Of a stretch of DNA of 64,000 nt, positions 61,841 to 64,000 are shown one piece after another. The stretch spans positions 292,431 through 356,430 of the forward strand of contig CAVOGA010000001.1 of assembly GCA_963695135.1 (NCBI GenBank), written 5' to 3'. The notes under the pieces are model-generated. The model was not told the origin of the DNA, made no database searches, and worked only from the letters and a program-made list of their open reading frames with translations. A program made the position numbers and the translations under genes. This DNA comes from an uncultured Gammaproteobacteria bacterium (GTDB lineage Bacteria > Pseudomonadota > Gammaproteobacteria > Xanthomonadales > SZUA-36). How positions within the stretch are numbered: position 1 is the first letter of the stretch; each line of letters opens with the position of its first letter.

Positions 61841-63535
61841 TTAGCGAATCTGCTTGTGCCAGCGGCGCACCAGCTGTTTGACGTTGATGTCCGGGCCACC
61901 CTGGCGCCAGTTTTTGGTAAAGTCGATGTCGGTGGAGTTGGGTGGCGGGCTGGGCCGGTTGACCTGCAGGCGCACGGGAATCGGCACGCCTTCACCCATC
62001 GCAATGACCTCTCCGGGGGCCAGGCTGGTCATGGCGGACAGCACGCCGTGGGCTGAATCCGGCACCATGGCGCGAATGTATTCCTGGTCATTCGGGTTGG
62101 TGGTGCGCAGACACACGTAAGTGCCGCACTGGGCCAGCACCGTTTCGGAAACATCGTGCGGACGCTGGCTGACCACCACCAGGCTGACACCGTATTTACG
62201 GCCAACCTTGGCAATACGCTCCATCATGCGACGCGCCTGCTTGTAGCGCGGGTGGTCGCCGCGCGGAATGTATTCATGCGCCTCTTCGCAGACCAGGGTG
62301 ATCGGGAACTCGCGGCACTGCGGGTTCCAGAAGTTGAACTCGAAGGCCAGTCGCGCAATCTGCGCGGTTACCATCGGCGCAACATCAATCGGCACGGCGC
62401 TGAGGTCGAGCACCGTGACTGCGGCCGGCTTGTCGCCACCGAGACCGACGAAATCCTGCATCAGGTCCACCAGTGACTCGGTCGAGGTGCGGTGCTTCGG
62501 GCGCAGCAGAAAATCGTAGCGGTTGTCGTGGAGCAGGCTCTCCATGCGCACCAGCAACTGGTCGAACTTGCCGAAGGTCGCGGCCTTGGTTTTGCCAAAG
62601 TCACTGGAGCGCTTGTTGGCGTCCTTGATGCGCTGGAACAGGTCTTCCATGGCGAAGTACACCGGGGCATCCACGGTGATCTGGCCGAGATCGGCGTCCG
62701 CGTTGGTCTCGCGCTTCAGATCGATCAGGCTGGAGCGCAGCAGCGCTGTCTGCACGGCCGCGTGCGGGTCGTCGTCGTCGATGAACAGCTCGCACAGCTC
62801 GGCAAAGCTCAGCAGCCAGTACGGCACCTCGAGATCGCGCGCATCCAGGCAGCGCACCTTGTTTTCCGGGAACGGTGAACGGGCCATGACGCCCATTTCC
62901 TTGTCCCCGTATTCCGCGTGCATGTCCATGATGATGATGTGCGAGTTGGGCATGGTGCGCAGCGCGGACTGGATGAAGCTGGTCACCGTCCAGGACTTAC
63001 CGGAACCACTCTGACCGAGAATGGCCGCATGGCGGCCAAAAAACTTGTTGGCGTCAAAGAACACGTCAATGGTCTTCGAGGCGCTGAGCTTGCCGATCTT
63101 GTAGCCGCCCTGGGCGTTATCCGCGAAGATGCGCTCCAGCTGCATGCTGGACATCGCGTGAATCTCTGCGCCGGGCGTCGGGTAATTGGCCACGCCGCGT
63201 TTGAATTCGCCGCCCATTTCCATTTCGCCCATCGGGCTGAGGCGGATCATGTGCTCGATCCGCCCGTCCGGATCACGCTCCTGCCAGGTGCCTTCCACCA
63301 TCACGATCACATCGTGGCCGTGCTGGCTGACCTTCAGATAGGAGCCGACCTGGCCCACACGCACCTTGTGCATGCCAACCATTCGCTCGGAAATGAATTC
63401 GCCACCGCGACTGATGAGCCGGCCGGTGAAGGCGTCGCCGTCGACCGCGACAAGGCGTCCCACCAGGGTTTCATTTGCGGGCGACTTGCTCCCGCCGGTG
63501 CCGATTTGGGCTTCGGTCTCTTTCTCTGACAGCAC
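61841..63535 (-). CDS. HerA-like (DUF87) FtsK/HerA-superfamily ATPase
   Basis: 564 aa; GTG start with SD AAGGAG; N-terminal barrel-like region; Walker A ILGQSGSGKS; Walker B-like ITLVCEEAHEY; VVSQRP. Confidence 0.85.
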   Translation of the reverse strand: MLSEKETEAQIGTGGSKSPANETLVGRLVAVDGDAFTGRLISRGGEFISERMVGMHKVRVGQVGSYLKVSQHGHDVIVMVEGTWQERDPDGRIEHMIRLSPMGEMEMGGEFKRGVANYPTPGAEIHAMSSMQLERIFADNAQGGYKIGKLSASKTIDVFFDANKFFGRHAAILGQSGSGKSWTVTSFIQSALRTMPNSHIIIMDMHAEYGDKEMGVMARSPFPENKVRCLDARDLEVPYWLLSFAELCELFIDDDDPHAAVQTALLRSSLIDLKRETNADADLGQITVDAPVYFAMEDLFQRIKDANKRSSDFGKTKAATFGKFDQLLVRMESLLHDNRYDFLLRPKHRTSTESLVDLMQDFVGLGGDKPAAVTVLDLSAVPIDVAPMVTAQIARLAFEFNFWNPQCREFPITLVCEEAHEYIPRGDHPRYKQARRMMERIAKVGRKYGVSLVVVSQRPHDVSETVLAQCGTYVCLRTTNPNDQEYIRAMVPDSAHGVLSAMTSLAPGEVIAMGEGVPIPVRLQVNRPSPPPNSTDIDFTKNWRQGGPDINVKQLVRRWHKQIR

Positions 63536-63896
63536 TGTGGCTCTCCTTGCCGTGGGACTCCAGGGACGCTTCTTGCGGCGCTTAAGCTCGTAAAGATTAC
63601 TTTTTTGAAGGATTTAGCGCAACTTTCTAATATTCAGTCGCTAAACACCATTCTTCAGGCCGCGTTAGTGTAACCGCCAACCCGGCAACGTACACTGGCG
63701 GCTCTTTAGGACAAGCGGCCCTGAAACGCAAAGCATGGTGCACGACGTCGCCCACCCATGACCTTCGCCACTGGCTGCAGGGCGACCTGGGCCCTAGCCT
63801 TTTGCCCGCCGTAACCAAACTACAGTACAGTGTGCGCCCCCGGCCACGCGCTGCGCGGCCCTTCAAGACACAATCAGCCCACCCGAGGGAATAGCA

Positions 63897-64000
63897 ATGG
63901 ATAGACGGGATTTCGTCAAACTCACCGGTATCGGTGTCACCGGACTCATGTTGCCCATCACCGGCCGCATCGTTTCCGCCGCCGAACTTGTTGGCACCGG
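63897..64000 (+). CDS. Tat-signal protein, N-terminal fragment (runs off the 3' edge)
   Basis: ATG 63897 with SD GAGGGA; MDRRDFVKLTGIGVTGLMLPITG carries the twin-arginine motif RRDFVK. Confidence 0.6.
   Translation, partial: MDRRDFVKLTGIGVTGLMLPITGRIVSAAELVGT

Noticed and set aside
63627-63866. 79-aa minus-strand ORF upstream of the HerA-like gene, considered as a possible partner.
   Set aside because: No SD, Arg/Cys/Trp-rich implausible sequence, no motif. It is too short and unlike NurA, Sir2 or DUF4297.

Overview
GC-rich chromosomal segment with gammaproteobacterial-looking gene content; the taxon cannot be verified from this window. I recognised no rRNA, tRNA, CRISPR array, transposase or integrase. 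Left to right: the 3' end of hisC plus hisB-hisH-hisA-hisF-hisIE; a dihaem cytochrome c and a class II cytochrome c; a GNAT, an ArsR regulator and a beta-CASP MBL hydrolase; a DUF885 lipoprotein carrying an extra C-terminal module; a twice-frameshifted M20 peptidase; an EgtD-like methyltransferase abutting a KefC-type K+/H+ antiporter; CDF and half-size UPF0016 metal exporters; GST, pirin, LysR and ilvE. Next comes a ~0.7-kb protein-free gap that I read as a GGA-motif-rich, terminator-ended sRNA candidate (Csr/Rsm-like). It is followed by an NYN/OST-HTH protein; srkA, slyX, VOC, prolyl oligopeptidase, dienelactone hydrolase, cyclophilin, an NPP phosphodiesterase and an FMN 2-hydroxyacid dehydrogenase; an MsbA-like ABC exporter; gltBD; and a MacAB-like four-gene exporter. 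A ~14-kb light / photo-oxidative-stress supercluster follows. It holds two lipocalins, a CPD photolyase, an SDR, two MerR regulators (one a CarH/LitR-type B12 photoreceptor), an FeS-BCP photolyase/cryptochrome, DUF2256, a CFA-synthase-like gene, DUF1365, an FAD oxidoreductase, a membrane desaturase, DUF1295, a DUF2878-like protein and a second methyltransferase. The window ends with CIA30 plus two bacterial-PH membrane proteins, an orphan HerA-like ATPase, and the start of a Tat-signal protein. The three most notable points are (i) the Csr/Rsm-like sRNA candidate, (ii) the light-regulated lipid-modification/photolyase supercluster with dual MerR regulators, and (iii) roughly 30 single-base frameshifts confined to 44.6-56.1 kb while long genes elsewhere (gltB 4.5 kb) are intact. 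All family assignments come from reading motifs in the supplied translations; no database search was run.
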